A DNA stretch of 64,000 bases, taken from the NCBI GenBank assembly GCA_025999335.1, contig AP024681.1, forward strand, positions 523,547 through 587,546. The letters are read 5' to 3'. The notes beneath the pieces were generated by a model. It made no database searches, was not told the DNA's origin, and saw only the letters and a list, made by a program, of their open reading frames with translations. How positions within the stretch are numbered: position 1 is the stretch's first letter; each line of letters opens with the position of its first letter. Below are positions 1 to 9,312 of the stretch, piece by piece. A program made the translations under genes and the position numbers. Source of the DNA: Candidatus Parcubacteria bacterium (GTDB lineage Bacteria > Patescibacteriota > Minisyncoccia > UBA6257 > HR35).

Positions 1-99
1 ATCGCCTAATTTTTTTGCTTCTTGGAAAAGTTTTAGATGACCCAAATGAGGAGGATCGAAACCGCCACTAACAGCTACAATAATTTTTTTCTTTTTCAT
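1..99 (-). CDS. Cytidylyltransferase-like nucleotidyltransferase, N-terminal fragment. The gene continues beyond the window's left edge.
   Basis: The reverse complement of 1-99 translates to MKKKKIIVAVSGGFDPPHLGHLKLFQEAKKLGD. The GGFDxxHxGH motif is the signature of the HxGH nucleotidyltransferase (cytidylyltransferase) superfamily. The ATG is at 97-99. Confidence 0.5.
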   Translation of the reverse strand, partial: MKKKKIIVAVSGGFDPPHLGHLKLFQEAKKLGD

Positions 100-225
100 T
101 TTTATTAAAAATTTTATTATTTTTCTAAAAATTTTTTGACTTTTTCTTAAAATTTTACTAAATTTGTTTCGTTTTATTAATCTAAAAAGGAACAGCAAAA
201 CTTTTTTATGTCTACAAAATTAATG

Positions 226-486
226 TCAAAATTGTTTTTTAACTGTACTTGCTAATTCAGGATTGTTTTTAATAGTTTTAGTTAATGTTTTATTTTGTTC
301 CAAAATAGTTGCTAATTGTGCTGTAAAACAAAAATAAATTTTAATCTTATTATGATACTCTGTTTCATTAATATATTTTTTATTGGTTATTTTATTTGTT
401 TTTAGCTTTGCTAAAATTTCATCAAGATTTTTTGAATTTAAAGCACTATTTTGTTTTTCTTGATAATTTTGTCTATAATTTTTCAT
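226..486 (-). CDS. Hypothetical small protein, 86 aa
   Basis: ORF from the six-frame track. No recognisable motif. Lys/Asn-rich. Confidence 0.25.
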   Translation of the reverse strand: MKNYRQNYQEKQNSALNSKNLDEILAKLKTNKITNKKYINETEYHNKIKIYFCFTAQLATILEQNKTLTKTIKNNPELASTVKKQF

Positions 487-490
487 TGCT

Positions 491-3142
491 TTGCATTGGT
501 TGGTTGACGATGATCTTAATATAATAAAATTATATTATATATTTGATTTTTTAAAACTTAGTTTAATGACAAAGGAACTTATTACTAAAATAATAATAGT
601 TATATTATTGATTGTTAATATTAATGTTTTTTATTTTATTTTTAGAAACAATGCTATCAAAAATTTTTCTTCCAATGATAATTTAATAGCTTCTTTAATA
701 GATGCTGAGAGCTATTTTTCGACTGTTTCTTCAAACTTTACGAACTACCAAAAATTAAGTTTAGATAAGCAAAAAGAAGATAATGAAAATAATCTTAGCA
801 ACAAAAAATATTTAGCTAATAATAAAACTCGCTACAATACAAACCAAGAACAGAGTTTAGACAGTGGTTTATTTTATTTTGAAGAAATACGAAAAAATTT
901 ATTAATCAATAAACAAAGCAGTAATTTTCTTCAAAATAATCAGTCATTGAATGCAAATATAGATTTTATAAATCAAAGTCAATTTTTTAATAAAGCTAAT
1001 AATCCATCAGCAGAAATAACTAATTTGCAATTTTCATCTAGTTCTGTTAAGGCAATTAACATTTTAAGTTCTTCAGTAATTATTAATTCTTCATCCGATA
1101 ATAACTTCCAAAATAATTATTATAATTACGCTTTTTTAAAGGCAACAATTAGCGCTCAAGATGATAAGAAAAATGATAATATTGTTTCATCGTTATCTCA
1201 TAAAAACGATATTTGTGAAGCGTATAAATCGAAAAATTATCCTAAAATTTTAATTTCCGAGATAAAATTTGAAGCAAAAGATAATCCTGATGATGAATAT
1301 ATAGAACTTTATAATCCAACTGATATAGAAATAGATTTGACCTGTTGGTCCTTAGAAAAATATGCTTCAAAACAAGACTCAAATTCATTGCCTAATGTGA
1401 CTATTTTATTGCCTGCTTCAAAATTTAACGGCGTCATAAGACCTTATTCGTTTTTTTTAATTACTTCTTCGTCGACAAAAGAAAAATATAAGGGTGATTT
1501 GGCTTATGCTCAAAGTTATTCTTTAGCTAAAAATAATACTATTATTCTTAAAAAACCTAACGGTGAAGTTGTCGATCTAATTGGTTATGGCGATAATAAA
1601 GAAAAAATTTATCAATATGAAGCAAATCCATTTTTAAGCCAAAATTTTTATAATAAATCAATTCAAAGAAAAAATTTACAAGATTCAGGCAATAATTCAG
1701 AAGATTTTTGGCTTAAAGATCCTAATCCTGAAAATTCAACTTTTCCTATTCGAAAACCAAGAGAAGATTTTATTGATTTAAGTAAAATAAACCTCGGTCA
1801 ACTTCAAGTTTTTATAATTACTAACGAAGAGAAAACATTATTAAAGTTAGTTCTTAATAGTCAACCATCTAATATTTTTTCGTCTAATTATGTTTACAAT
1901 CTTTTGATTGCAACTTCGGCTAATATTATGCGAATCGGTGAAAATCAATTAAATACGACAATGAATGTAAGTACTAACGGCGATTTGCTTGATAAGAATA
2001 TTAGTGTTTATTCGCATTTAGAAGATTTTGGTTCAACTTCAAGTTTGCTGTTATCGAAATTTGACTTTTCAACAACAGCTTTTGAAACAATAATCACTAA
2101 ATGTCCTTCAACTTCAACTTTATATTACTTTGCTATTTATCTTCAAGACTTGTTAGATAAAGAGAACAGAACAAGTTTTGCGATAGCTTCAACAACTTTG
2201 CCGGAACATTTGTGTAATCCTGAAGCTGAAGAAAAAATAACTTTTACTTCAACAACTACTTCAGCAACAGCGACGGTTAAAATTTTAATTTCCGAAGTAA
2301 GAGTTATTGAAGGAACATCTACGAACGAATATATTGAGCTTTATAATCCTAATAATACACCAATCAATTTAGCAGGATGGAAATTATTAAAATATAATAG
2401 TGAAAATAAAGCATCTACAATTATAAGTGATCGGACAAAATCTAAATTTAAGGATATTACTTTACAACCTTTTAGCTATTTGCTTCTTGCCAATACTTCA
2501 ACTTTATTGATTAATGGTAAAAATATTAATGTTGATTTGATTTATGCTTTATCTAATGATTTAGCTAAAAATAACTCGCTTGCTCTTGTTAATGATAAAG
2601 ATGTAATTGTTGATCAATTTTCTTGGGATAGGGCGAGTGATCATAAATCTTATTCAAGAAAAAAAATTGATGTTACTAGCGAAGATAATTATTTTACAGA
2701 TTTTACGGATTTAGGCAATGCTTATGATACTAACAATATTTCGGATTTTATTTTAGTTGATCCTAATCCTCAAAATTCATCAATCAGCAAACCCATTCCT
2801 CTTGATATTATAATGTCTAACTATGAATTGGAAAACAATAATTCTGAGGCTTTATTAAATATCATTCTTTCTTGGATAACGCCTTTTGTTTATGATAATG
2901 CTAATTATGAATATAGATTATTTTTTGCAACATCAGCAGATAACTTTTATTCTTTAGATGGCAAGGCTTCTTTTGTTTTGCCTCAATTTCAAGCTTTGTC
3001 TTTGCAGAAAGTTAAAATTACTAATTTAAATATCAATTCTTTAATTTCGGGAGATAGTTTTGATATCGCTGAATTAAAATTGAAATTAGAGTTATATAAA
3101 AATAATAATAAAATATCAGAAATAATCTATCGTAAAAATTGA
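491..3142 (+). CDS. Membrane-anchored or secreted protein with two lamin-tail-domain (LTD) repeats
   Basis: N-terminal hydrophobic segment (MTKELITKIIIVILLIVNINVFYFIF); the true start is probably the internal Met near 566. Two copies of the LTD signature: ILISEIKFEAKDNPDDEYIELYNPTDIEIDLTCWSL and ILISEVRVIEGTSTNEYIELYNPNNTPINLAGWKL. These follow the EFVELYNP...IDLSGW pattern of bacterial LTD proteins. Confidence 0.6.
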   Translation: MHWLVDDDLNIIKLYYIFDFLKLSLMTKELITKIIIVILLIVNINVFYFIFRNNAIKNFSSNDNLIASLIDAESYFSTVSSNFTNYQKLSLDKQKEDNENNLSNKKYLANNKTRYNTNQEQSLDSGLFYFEEIRKNLLINKQSSNFLQNNQSLNANIDFINQSQFFNKANNPSAEITNLQFSSSSVKAINILSSSVIINSSSDNNFQNNYYNYAFLKATISAQDDKKNDNIVSSLSHKNDICEAYKSKNYPKILISEIKFEAKDNPDDEYIELYNPTDIEIDLTCWSLEKYASKQDSNSLPNVTILLPASKFNGVIRPYSFFLITSSSTKEKYKGDLAYAQSYSLAKNNTIILKKPNGEVVDLIGYGDNKEKIYQYEANPFLSQNFYNKSIQRKNLQDSGNNSEDFWLKDPNPENSTFPIRKPREDFIDLSKINLGQLQVFIITNEEKTLLKLVLNSQPSNIFSSNYVYNLLIATSANIMRIGENQLNTTMNVSTNGDLLDKNISVYSHLEDFGSTSSLLLSKFDFSTTAFETIITKCPSTSTLYYFAIYLQDLLDKENRTSFAIASTTLPEHLCNPEAEEKITFTSTTTSATATVKILISEVRVIEGTSTNEYIELYNPNNTPINLAGWKLLKYNSENKASTIISDRTKSKFKDITLQPFSYLLLANTSTLLINGKNINVDLIYALSNDLAKNNSLALVNDKDVIVDQFSWDRASDHKSYSRKKIDVTSEDNYFTDFTDLGNAYDTNNISDFILVDPNPQNSSISKPIPLDIIMSNYELENNNSEALLNIILSWITPFVYDNANYEYRLFFATSADNFYSLDGKASFVLPQFQALSLQKVKITNLNINSLISGDSFDIAELKLKLELYKNNNKISEIIYRKN

Positions 3143-3242
3143 AATTTTTTATTAATGGTTTAAAGAATTTTGCAAGCGCTTAGGGTTATGAGATTTAAAT
3201 AATAATTATTAAAGCTTTTAGAATTTATAATATAGATTACCA

Positions 3243-4868
3243 ATGAAACTTCTTTTAGTTGAATCACCGATAAAAGCACGAACAATTAAAAAATTTTTAA
3301 AAGGTTATTTTGTCATTGCTACTTATGGACATTTTTTAGATTTACCGCAAAGAGAATTTGGAATTTATTTAAAAGATAATCAACTTGAAGCTAAATATGT
3401 GCCTTTAAAAGGAAAAAAGAAAATTATTGAAAAAATTAAAAAATTAGCTAAAAATAGCGAGGAAATTTTAATTGCCTCCGATCCTGATCGAGAAGGAGAA
3501 ATGATTGCTTATGAAATTAAAATGATTTTGCCGCAAAAAGAGCATAAAAAAATTAAAAGAATCAGTGTTCATGAAATTACTCAAAAAGCATTTTTAGAGG
3601 CTTTAAAAAATAAATCAGAAATTCTTGAAAGTTTAGTTAATGCTCAAAAAGGAAGAAGATATTTAGATAGAATTTTTGGTTATAAAATTTCACCACTTCT
3701 TTGGAGTTTTGGTAAAGCTTTATCAGCTGGAAGAGTTCAATCCGCAGCCCTGAGAATAATTATTGAGCGAGAAAAAGAGATTAGAGATTTCAAAAAAGAA
3801 GAATTTTTTGAGGTTTATTTAATTTTGGAAAACTTTTCTGCCTCTCGTCAGACAGGTCACTTAAAAGCTGTTTTAGTTGATAAAAATTTGCAAACCCTTA
3901 AGCTTAAAAAAGAAGACCTAGAAAAAGTTAAAAAAGATATTTTAAAAATTGAAAAGGTAAAACTAGAAACAATTATTGACGAAAAAAAGAAAATTTTTCC
4001 TCCTTTGCCTTTAGATACTGAGAATTTACAAAGATTAGCATATCGATTTTTAAAATTTCCACCTAAAAAGACAATGTTTTTAGCGCAAAAACTTTTTGAA
4101 ATGGGGCTGATTACATATCATCGTACTCAAAGCCATTTTATTAATAAAGATTTTTCCTTGAAATTGAAAAAATTTATTGAAGAGAATTATGGTAAAAAAT
4201 ATTTTTCTTTTCCTCGAAGCAAAAAAGAAAAATTCAGTTTTGAAGCTCATGAAGCTATAAGACCAACAAAAGTGGAAAAGCCCGATATTTATAATGATTT
4301 TTTGAAACTGTGGCAATTAATTTTAATGATAACGATTGCCTCTCATCTCAAACCTTTAGAATATTTAGAATCAAAATTTGTTTTCAAAAGCAATGATTTT
4401 TATTTTTTAGCAACTAATAAAGAACTTATTTTTGATGGTTTTGCGAAAGTTTTTCCAGTTAAAGAAAAGTTTACTCCGAAACCAAAAGTAAAAAAAGGCG
4501 CAGAATTTTCTATTTTAGATAAAGAATTTAAAAAAGTTGAAACTAAACCACCAGCAAGATTTACTGAAGCAAGTTTAATTAGAAAATTAAAAGAATTAGG
4601 AATTGGCAGACCTTCAACTTATGTGCAGACAATTGAAACTTTAAAAAAAAGAAGATATATAATTTTAGAAAAAAAGTATTTAAAGCCAACTGAACTTGGC
4701 GAGAAAGTTTATGAATATTTAAGCAAAAATTTTCCTGACCTAATTGATTTAAAATTTACAGCCTTAATGGAAGAAAATTTAGATAAAATTGCCCAAGATT
4801 TATTAGATTATCAAGAGTTTGTTATTAATTTTTTAAAAGAAGTAGAGAAAAAAATAAAACAAAATTGA
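3243..4868 (+). CDS. topA: DNA topoisomerase I (type IA), minimal form without C-terminal zinc fingers
   Basis: Toprim start LLVESPIKARTI and acidic motif ASDPDREGE. SAGRVQS box present. Catalytic-tyrosine motif LITYHRTQS present. Confidence 0.8.
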   Translation: MKLLLVESPIKARTIKKFLKGYFVIATYGHFLDLPQREFGIYLKDNQLEAKYVPLKGKKKIIEKIKKLAKNSEEILIASDPDREGEMIAYEIKMILPQKEHKKIKRISVHEITQKAFLEALKNKSEILESLVNAQKGRRYLDRIFGYKISPLLWSFGKALSAGRVQSAALRIIIEREKEIRDFKKEEFFEVYLILENFSASRQTGHLKAVLVDKNLQTLKLKKEDLEKVKKDILKIEKVKLETIIDEKKKIFPPLPLDTENLQRLAYRFLKFPPKKTMFLAQKLFEMGLITYHRTQSHFINKDFSLKLKKFIEENYGKKYFSFPRSKKEKFSFEAHEAIRPTKVEKPDIYNDFLKLWQLILMITIASHLKPLEYLESKFVFKSNDFYFLATNKELIFDGFAKVFPVKEKFTPKPKVKKGAEFSILDKEFKKVETKPPARFTEASLIRKLKELGIGRPSTYVQTIETLKKRRYIILEKKYLKPTELGEKVYEYLSKNFPDLIDLKFTALMEENLDKIAQDLLDYQEFVINFLKEVEKKIKQN

Positions 4869-5021
4869 TTTGAGATTTAATTTATTTTAATTAAATTTTT
4901 TATCCACTCGTATCATTGAATGTGATAAAATTTGCTAATATATTGTTAATATAAATTTTGTTATTATAATATAATTATACTTTTGTGTAACTAAGTAAAA
5001 CGCATAATTAAAAAATATTTA

Positions 5022-5738
5022 ATGAAGAAGATATTAAAATTAGTTAGCAAAAGAGAAATAGCCGAAAATACTTTGGAGTTTTGTTTTGAAAAGCCAGATG
5101 ATTTGAATTTTAAAAATGGTCAACATTTTGTAATAAAAATTGATAACTTATCTATGATTGACGAAAAAGGTAATGAGCGAGTTTTTTCTGTGGTTTCATC
5201 AGCTAATGATAAAAATTTATGTTTTGCCACAAGAATACGAGATTCTGCCTTTAAAAAAACTTTGAAAAGTTTAAACCAAGGAGATGAAGTGGAAGTTGAT
5301 GGTCCTTATGGCTATATGACATTACCTAAAAGTATTGACAAAGATTTAGTATTTATTGCCGGCGGGATAGGTATTACGCCTTTTATTGGAATGATTAGAT
5401 ACGCAATTCAAGAAAATTTACAATTTAGGATTTATCTTTTTTATTCTAATCGTCGTCCTGAAGATGCTGCTTATTTAGATGAACTTTTAAATTACAATAA
5501 AGAAGGCAAGATTAAATTAATAGCTACGATGACTCAATGGCAAGATTCTCGTATAAGCTGGGAAGGAGAGAAAGGTTATATTGATGAAACAATGTTAAAA
5601 AAATATATTCCTGATTTAAATAATGTTATTTTTTATATTGCTGGTCCTCCAGAAATGGTTTCAGCTATGCGTTCTTTACTTGAAAATCTTAATGTTGATG
5701 ATAGTAGCATTAAAAGTGAGGATTTTACTGGTTATTAA
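5022..5738 (+). CDS. FAD/NAD(P)-binding oxidoreductase of the ferredoxin-NADP reductase superfamily
   Basis: RxYS-type FAD motif (ERVFSVVSS). NAD-binding GGIGITPF motif. No C-terminal Fe-S cysteine cluster. Confidence 0.6.
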   Translation: MKKILKLVSKREIAENTLEFCFEKPDDLNFKNGQHFVIKIDNLSMIDEKGNERVFSVVSSANDKNLCFATRIRDSAFKKTLKSLNQGDEVEVDGPYGYMTLPKSIDKDLVFIAGGIGITPFIGMIRYAIQENLQFRIYLFYSNRRPEDAAYLDELLNYNKEGKIKLIATMTQWQDSRISWEGEKGYIDETMLKKYIPDLNNVIFYIAGPPEMVSAMRSLLENLNVDDSSIKSEDFTGY

Positions 5739-5808
5739 ATAGCTTATTATTTTAATAAATAATTGTTTTTATGTTTTAAAACTTCGATATTTGAAAGATA
5801 AATAAAAA

Positions 5809-6096
5809 TTGATAAAACCTAATAAATTAAATTTTTGTCATATTGTTTTCGGAAAATCAACTTATGCTCGTTGTGGTATTATTGTTAATGTTACACCTTT
5901 AGAGCCCCAGTGGGAAGGAACATTGGTTATCGAAATTTCTAACACAACCCCTCTGCCAGCAAAAATTTACGCTAATGAAGGAATTGCTCAACTAATCTTT
6001 TTAGAAGCTGATGAACCTTGCAAAATTTCTTATGCTGATCGTAAGGGAAAATATCAAAAACAAAAAAGTATAGTTTTACCAAAAGTTGAAAAATAA
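5809..6096 (+). CDS. dCTP deaminase/dUTPase-fold protein, C-terminal half only. Possibly a truncated gene.
   Basis: [57 protein letters not shown]...RKGKYQKQK aligns with the C-terminal ~95 residues of dCTP deaminase (GRSSLARLGL...GQLTLEL.N....I..G..I.QLVF.....P....Y....GSKYQGQ). Only 70 nt separate it from the upstream gene, so no N-terminal half is encoded. Confidence 0.5.
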   Translation: MIKPNKLNFCHIVFGKSTYARCGIIVNVTPLEPQWEGTLVIEISNTTPLPAKIYANEGIAQLIFLEADEPCKISYADRKGKYQKQKSIVLPKVEK

Positions 6097-6124
6097 TGTT
6101 CGAAATTAAAAAAATTTATAAAAA

Positions 6125-6817
6125 TTGAAATATATTTTTCTTCTTTCAAGGTTAATTTTAGGGTTTTATTTTTTATCGAATGCTTTTAACCATTTTAAGA
6201 ATTTGAGCATACTTGCTGAATATGCTAAAAGCAAAAATGTTCTAAAGCCGAAATTAGCTGTTATATTTACTGGCTTTCTTCTTTTAATAGGAGGCCTTTC
6301 GATTTTATTAGGAGTTTATATTGAAATTGGAGTTTTAGCTTTAACTTTATTCTTTTTACCGGTAAGTTTTATAATGCATAATTTTTGGAAAGTTCAAGAT
6401 CCGCAAATGAAAATGATTGAGATGGTAAATTTTACTAAAAATATGGCGATTTGGGCATGTATTTTGCTTTTACTTTTTGTTCCTCAACCTTTGAGTTATC
6501 TTGAACAATTAAAAATTTGCAAAGATTTGTCCGAAGAAGCCTGCTTTGCAAATGATAATTGTATCGGAATATACGGACCAAGTTATTGTTCTCCTTCTCC
6601 TTTGGAAATGTGTACAACAGATTTAGTTTTTAAGTACTGTTGGGCATCTGGTTTAAATGCTTATGAAATTCAACAAATAAAAAACGAATGTAGTAAAATC
6701 GGTGGCAAATTTAGAAAAGATAAAATTAGTGGTTATGAATGCCTTTGCGAGAAATCAGGTTATATTGGGGACTATGGATGTTTAGAAGATTTGATATATA
6801 AATTAGAATCGAACTAA
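6125..6817 (+). CDS. DoxX-family membrane protein fused to a C-terminal Cys-rich extracytoplasmic domain
   Basis: The N-terminal ~110 aa has DoxX-like hydrophobic helices (LILGFYFLSNAFNHF...FTGFLLLIGGLSILLG...FFLPVSFIMHNFW). The C-terminal ~110 aa contains 13 Cys. Confidence 0.5.
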   Translation: MKYIFLLSRLILGFYFLSNAFNHFKNLSILAEYAKSKNVLKPKLAVIFTGFLLLIGGLSILLGVYIEIGVLALTLFFLPVSFIMHNFWKVQDPQMKMIEMVNFTKNMAIWACILLLLFVPQPLSYLEQLKICKDLSEEACFANDNCIGIYGPSYCSPSPLEMCTTDLVFKYCWASGLNAYEIQQIKNECSKIGGKFRKDKISGYECLCEKSGYIGDYGCLEDLIYKLESN

Positions 6818-6943
6818 TTTTTGCTTTAAGTTTTTATTAATAATATAATATAATTTGAAAAAGAATTTAATTATTGTTTGCCTTCTGATAGCTTTCCGGT
6901 TAAATAAAACAAGTCGATATCCATTAAAACTAGAATATTAAAA

Positions 6944-7360
6944 ATGATTATCAAAAAGTTTAAGGGAAATTATCTTTTAAGAATTGAGCCAAACGAAGAA
7001 TTGTTTATTTCTTTATTAAATTTTAGTCGCAAGCATAACATTAAGTCAGGTTTTTTTTATGGTTTTGGCGCTTCAAAAAGTTGCATAATTGGAAGATATA
7101 ACGAAAAGAAAAAAGATTATGATTGGAAAAAAATTAATCAACAAATGGAAATTGGAAGCTTAACTGGCAATATAACTTACAAAGAAGGTCATCATTATTT
7201 ACACATCCATGCTGTTTTAGGAGATAAAAACTTAAAAACACTTTCGGGACACTTAAAAGAACTCGTTATTTTCCCAACCTGTGAAATAATGCTTTTTATT
7301 TTTAATAAGAAAATTGAAAGAAAATATGACCAATTAACAAATTTATTTTTGATTGATTAA
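6944..7360 (+). CDS. PPC/DUF296-family protein (predicted DNA-binding PCC domain)
   Basis: YLLRIEPNEELFISLLNF...GFGASKSC...MEIGSLTGNITYKEGHHYLHIHAVLGDKN...SGHLKELVIFPTCEIML matches the bacterial DUF296 pattern (y.lrl.pGe..GfG.a.....Ei.sL.G.i....H.Hl....d....GHL....v..T.Ei.l). Confidence 0.5.
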   Translation: MIIKKFKGNYLLRIEPNEELFISLLNFSRKHNIKSGFFYGFGASKSCIIGRYNEKKKDYDWKKINQQMEIGSLTGNITYKEGHHYLHIHAVLGDKNLKTLSGHLKELVIFPTCEIMLFIFNKKIERKYDQLTNLFLID

Positions 7361-8319
7361 TGTATCTTCTAGGAGATATTGGGGGAACAAAGACAAGGCT
7401 AATATTTTGTAAATCAGACGAAGATTTTAGAAAACAAAAATTGCAAATTTTCATAACACCTCAAAACTACAGAGAATTTTTAGAATTATTAAAAAGTATT
7501 CTTCATTCGTATAAATCAGCATCTATTACGCATTTATCTGCGTGTATTTTTGGTTTTGCAGGAATGTTGGATAAAAAGAAAGAAAAATTGATTTATGCTC
7601 CCAATCTAAGAAATTTTGAAAACAAAAATTTAAAAAGAGATTTAGAGAAAATTTTGAAGACAGAAGTTATTTTAGAAAATGATGCTGCTTTAGCTGGTTT
7701 AGGAGAAGGGAAATACGGAGTAGCTCGCCTGTCCGGCGGACAGGGGAAAAATTTTGATGTTTTTGGATATATAACTTTATCAACAGGAATAGGAGGAGTG
7801 AAGATTATTAAAGTTAAAATAAGCCGTCTGAATGAAGATCGAATAAATCACCTGAATGAAGATCGAATAAATTCGGTAAATATTCGAGTAAATAATTCGG
7901 TTTTTAATTCGGGTAATAATAATTCGGTAAATATTCGGGTAGATTTTAACACATTCGGTTTTGAGCCAGGACATTCTTTTTTGTTAACGGATAATTTTTT
8001 ATTCGAGGTAGAAGAACTGCTTGGTGGCGAAAATATTAGAAAAACTTTTGGTAAAAAACCTGAAGATATAAAAGATAAAAAGTTTTGGAACTTTTATCAT
8101 CAAATTCTTTCAATTTTTTTAATCAATGTTTCAATTTTCTGGTCTATTGATAAAATAATTTTAGGTGGTAGTGTAATAAAAAGTTTAGATTTTAAAAAAT
8201 TAAATTTATTGGTTAACAAACTTCACCCTTTACCGATCAAAATAAAAATAATAAAATCAAAACTCGGTGAAATGAGTGTTTTATATGGGGGATTGGCAAT
8301 AGTGAAGCAAAATTTATGA
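7360..8319 (+). CDS. Glucokinase/ROK-like sugar kinase (BadF/BadG/BcrA/BcrD ATPase fold) with an internal repeat insertion
   Basis: N-terminal LLGDIGGTKTRL resembles the glucokinase phosphate-1 motif. ENDAALAGLGEG motif present. ILGGS present. There is an in-frame insertion of short direct DNA repeats at ~7825-7945. Confidence 0.5.
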   Translation: MYLLGDIGGTKTRLIFCKSDEDFRKQKLQIFITPQNYREFLELLKSILHSYKSASITHLSACIFGFAGMLDKKKEKLIYAPNLRNFENKNLKRDLEKILKTEVILENDAALAGLGEGKYGVARLSGGQGKNFDVFGYITLSTGIGGVKIIKVKISRLNEDRINHLNEDRINSVNIRVNNSVFNSGNNNSVNIRVDFNTFGFEPGHSFLLTDNFLFEVEELLGGENIRKTFGKKPEDIKDKKFWNFYHQILSIFLINVSIFWSIDKIILGGSVIKSLDFKKLNLLVNKLHPLPIKIKIIKSKLGEMSVLYGGLAIVKQNL

Positions 8320-8331
8320 TATAATATAAAA

Positions 8332-8508
8332 ATGGGAACAAAACTTAGAGAAAAAATTTTAAATATTCAAAGTGAATTGGAGATTTTAAAAAGGGTTTTC
8401 TTGAAAAAGCCTGATTTTTCTATTGATGAAAAGAATTGGAAAAAGATTAGAACTGAGATTAAAAAACTTAGAAAAGAGCTTTCTAAAAAGATCTATGCAA
8501 AAAAATAA
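8332..8508 (+). CDS. Small 58-aa protein, candidate antitoxin. It overlaps the PIN gene start by 14 nt.
   Basis: Translates to MGTKLREKILNIQSELEILKRVFLKKPDFSIDEKNWKKIRTEIKKLRKELSKKIYAKK. Not in the supplied ORF track because it is under 60 aa. It sits immediately 5' of the PIN-domain ORF and overlaps it. Confidence 0.4.
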   Translation: MGTKLREKILNIQSELEILKRVFLKKPDFSIDEKNWKKIRTEIKKLRKELSKKIYAKK

Positions 8509-8938
8509 AGTCTTTTTAGATAGCAGTATTTTAATCACTGCTCTTCTTTTCTCTAAAGGTGTATCTTTCTATATACTGACAAACTTAAAAGACAAATTTC
8601 ACTTTCAAATTAACGATTATGTTTTAGAAGAAATTCTTAGAGTTTTGGATAAAAAATTTTCTGTAAAAAGAAAACTGAAAAATTACCTCTTTCTGCTTTT
8701 AGGTTTAGCTAAAGTAGAAATTTTACCTCTGCCTTCTAAAGCTTCTTTAAAAAATGTATCCAAAGTTCTTAACAAAGAAGATGCAATTATTTTAGCCTCT
8801 GCGGTTTATAATAGTAACTATCTTCTTACTTTAGATAAAGATTTTTTAACTGAAAAAGTTAGAAATTTTGCTAAGAATAATGACTGTTTAATTTTAACCC
8901 CTAAAGAATTTATTGAAGATTATCTCCCTAACGACTAG
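8495..8938 (+). CDS. PIN-domain ribonuclease (VapC-like toxin)
   Basis: Starting at MQKNKVFLDSSILITALL gives the canonical PIN N-terminal strand with its Asp. Further acidic residues lie at EEIL, EDAIILASA and TLDKDF. The track ORF begins 72 nt upstream at 8423, but that start overlaps the small upstream ORF. Confidence 0.6.
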   Translation: MQKNKVFLDSSILITALLFSKGVSFYILTNLKDKFHFQINDYVLEEILRVLDKKFSVKRKLKNYLFLLLGLAKVEILPLPSKASLKNVSKVLNKEDAIILASAVYNSNYLLTLDKDFLTEKVRNFAKNNDCLILTPKEFIEDYLPND

Positions 8939-8963
8939 GGGCTAGCGGTAAGAAACTGATATT

Positions 8964-9035
8964 CGGGCTGTGGTGCAGTGGTAGCACGCTGGCTTCGGGT
9001 GCCAGAGGTCGTGGGTTCAAGTCCCACCAGCCCGA
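8964..9035 (+). tRNA. tRNA-Pro(CGG)
   Basis: Hand-folded cloverleaf. Acceptor CGGGCTG/CAGCCCG. D-arm GTGC-AGTGGTA-GCAC. Anticodon stem CTGGC/GCCAG with loop TTCGGGT, giving anticodon CGG with G37. T-arm GTGGG-TTCAAGT-CCCAC. Discriminator A. CCA is not encoded. Confidence 0.85.
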
Positions 9036-9063
9036 CAGAATGACTTTTAGCTATTTAACAACG

Positions 9064-9133
9064 CTATTTTTTTTATAGATGTTTTTTTTGTATAATTATT
9101 TATTAATTGTAATTAATAGGTCGTTAATTTATT
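9064..9133 (+). promoter_or_regulatory. Conserved promoter module containing an extended -10 (TGTATAAT at 9089-9096), copy 1
   Basis: About 60 nt of near-identical sequence (ctattttttttatagatNtttttttgtataat...taataggtYgttaa) is found again at 10798-10854. Both copies lie upstream of secreted Cys-rich protein genes. Confidence 0.35.
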
Positions 9134-9312
9134 GCGATAAAAGTAATTGCTGATTTTATTAGTTATGGAAAATTAATTACAATTTTATTTTTAGTTAATT
9201 TCATTATTAAAAATTAATTGTTTTAAAGGTCAATCAATTAATTTAATAAATATTAAAGGTTAAAAATTATCAATTTTATAAAATAAGAAGTAAAAAATTT
9301 TTAATAATATTT

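Noticed and set aside
4080-4316. Short antisense or nested ORFs inside long genes (this one and, for example, 6435-6617, 7780-7974, 11676-11861, 16008-16202, 18048-18509, 18557-18949, 22177-22416, 22392-22652, 24675-24887, 25239-25442, 25591-25800, 27471-27755, 29928-30122, 30779-31009, 31437-31745, 34549-34752, 40806-40988, 41242-41622, 44672-44950, 45760-45960, 51857-52120, 55348-55539, 60287-61522, 62845-63300)
   Set aside because: Each lies within a longer ORF that has recognisable domain content, has low-complexity AT-driven composition, and has no motif of its own. They are expected by chance in ~30% GC DNA.
8423-8494. The longer start (MMKRIGKRL…) for the PIN-domain ORF
   Set aside because: It would overlap the small upstream ORF over 86 nt. 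PIN domains canonically begin with the VFLD(S/T)S strand within ~10 residues, which the internal Met at 8495 provides.
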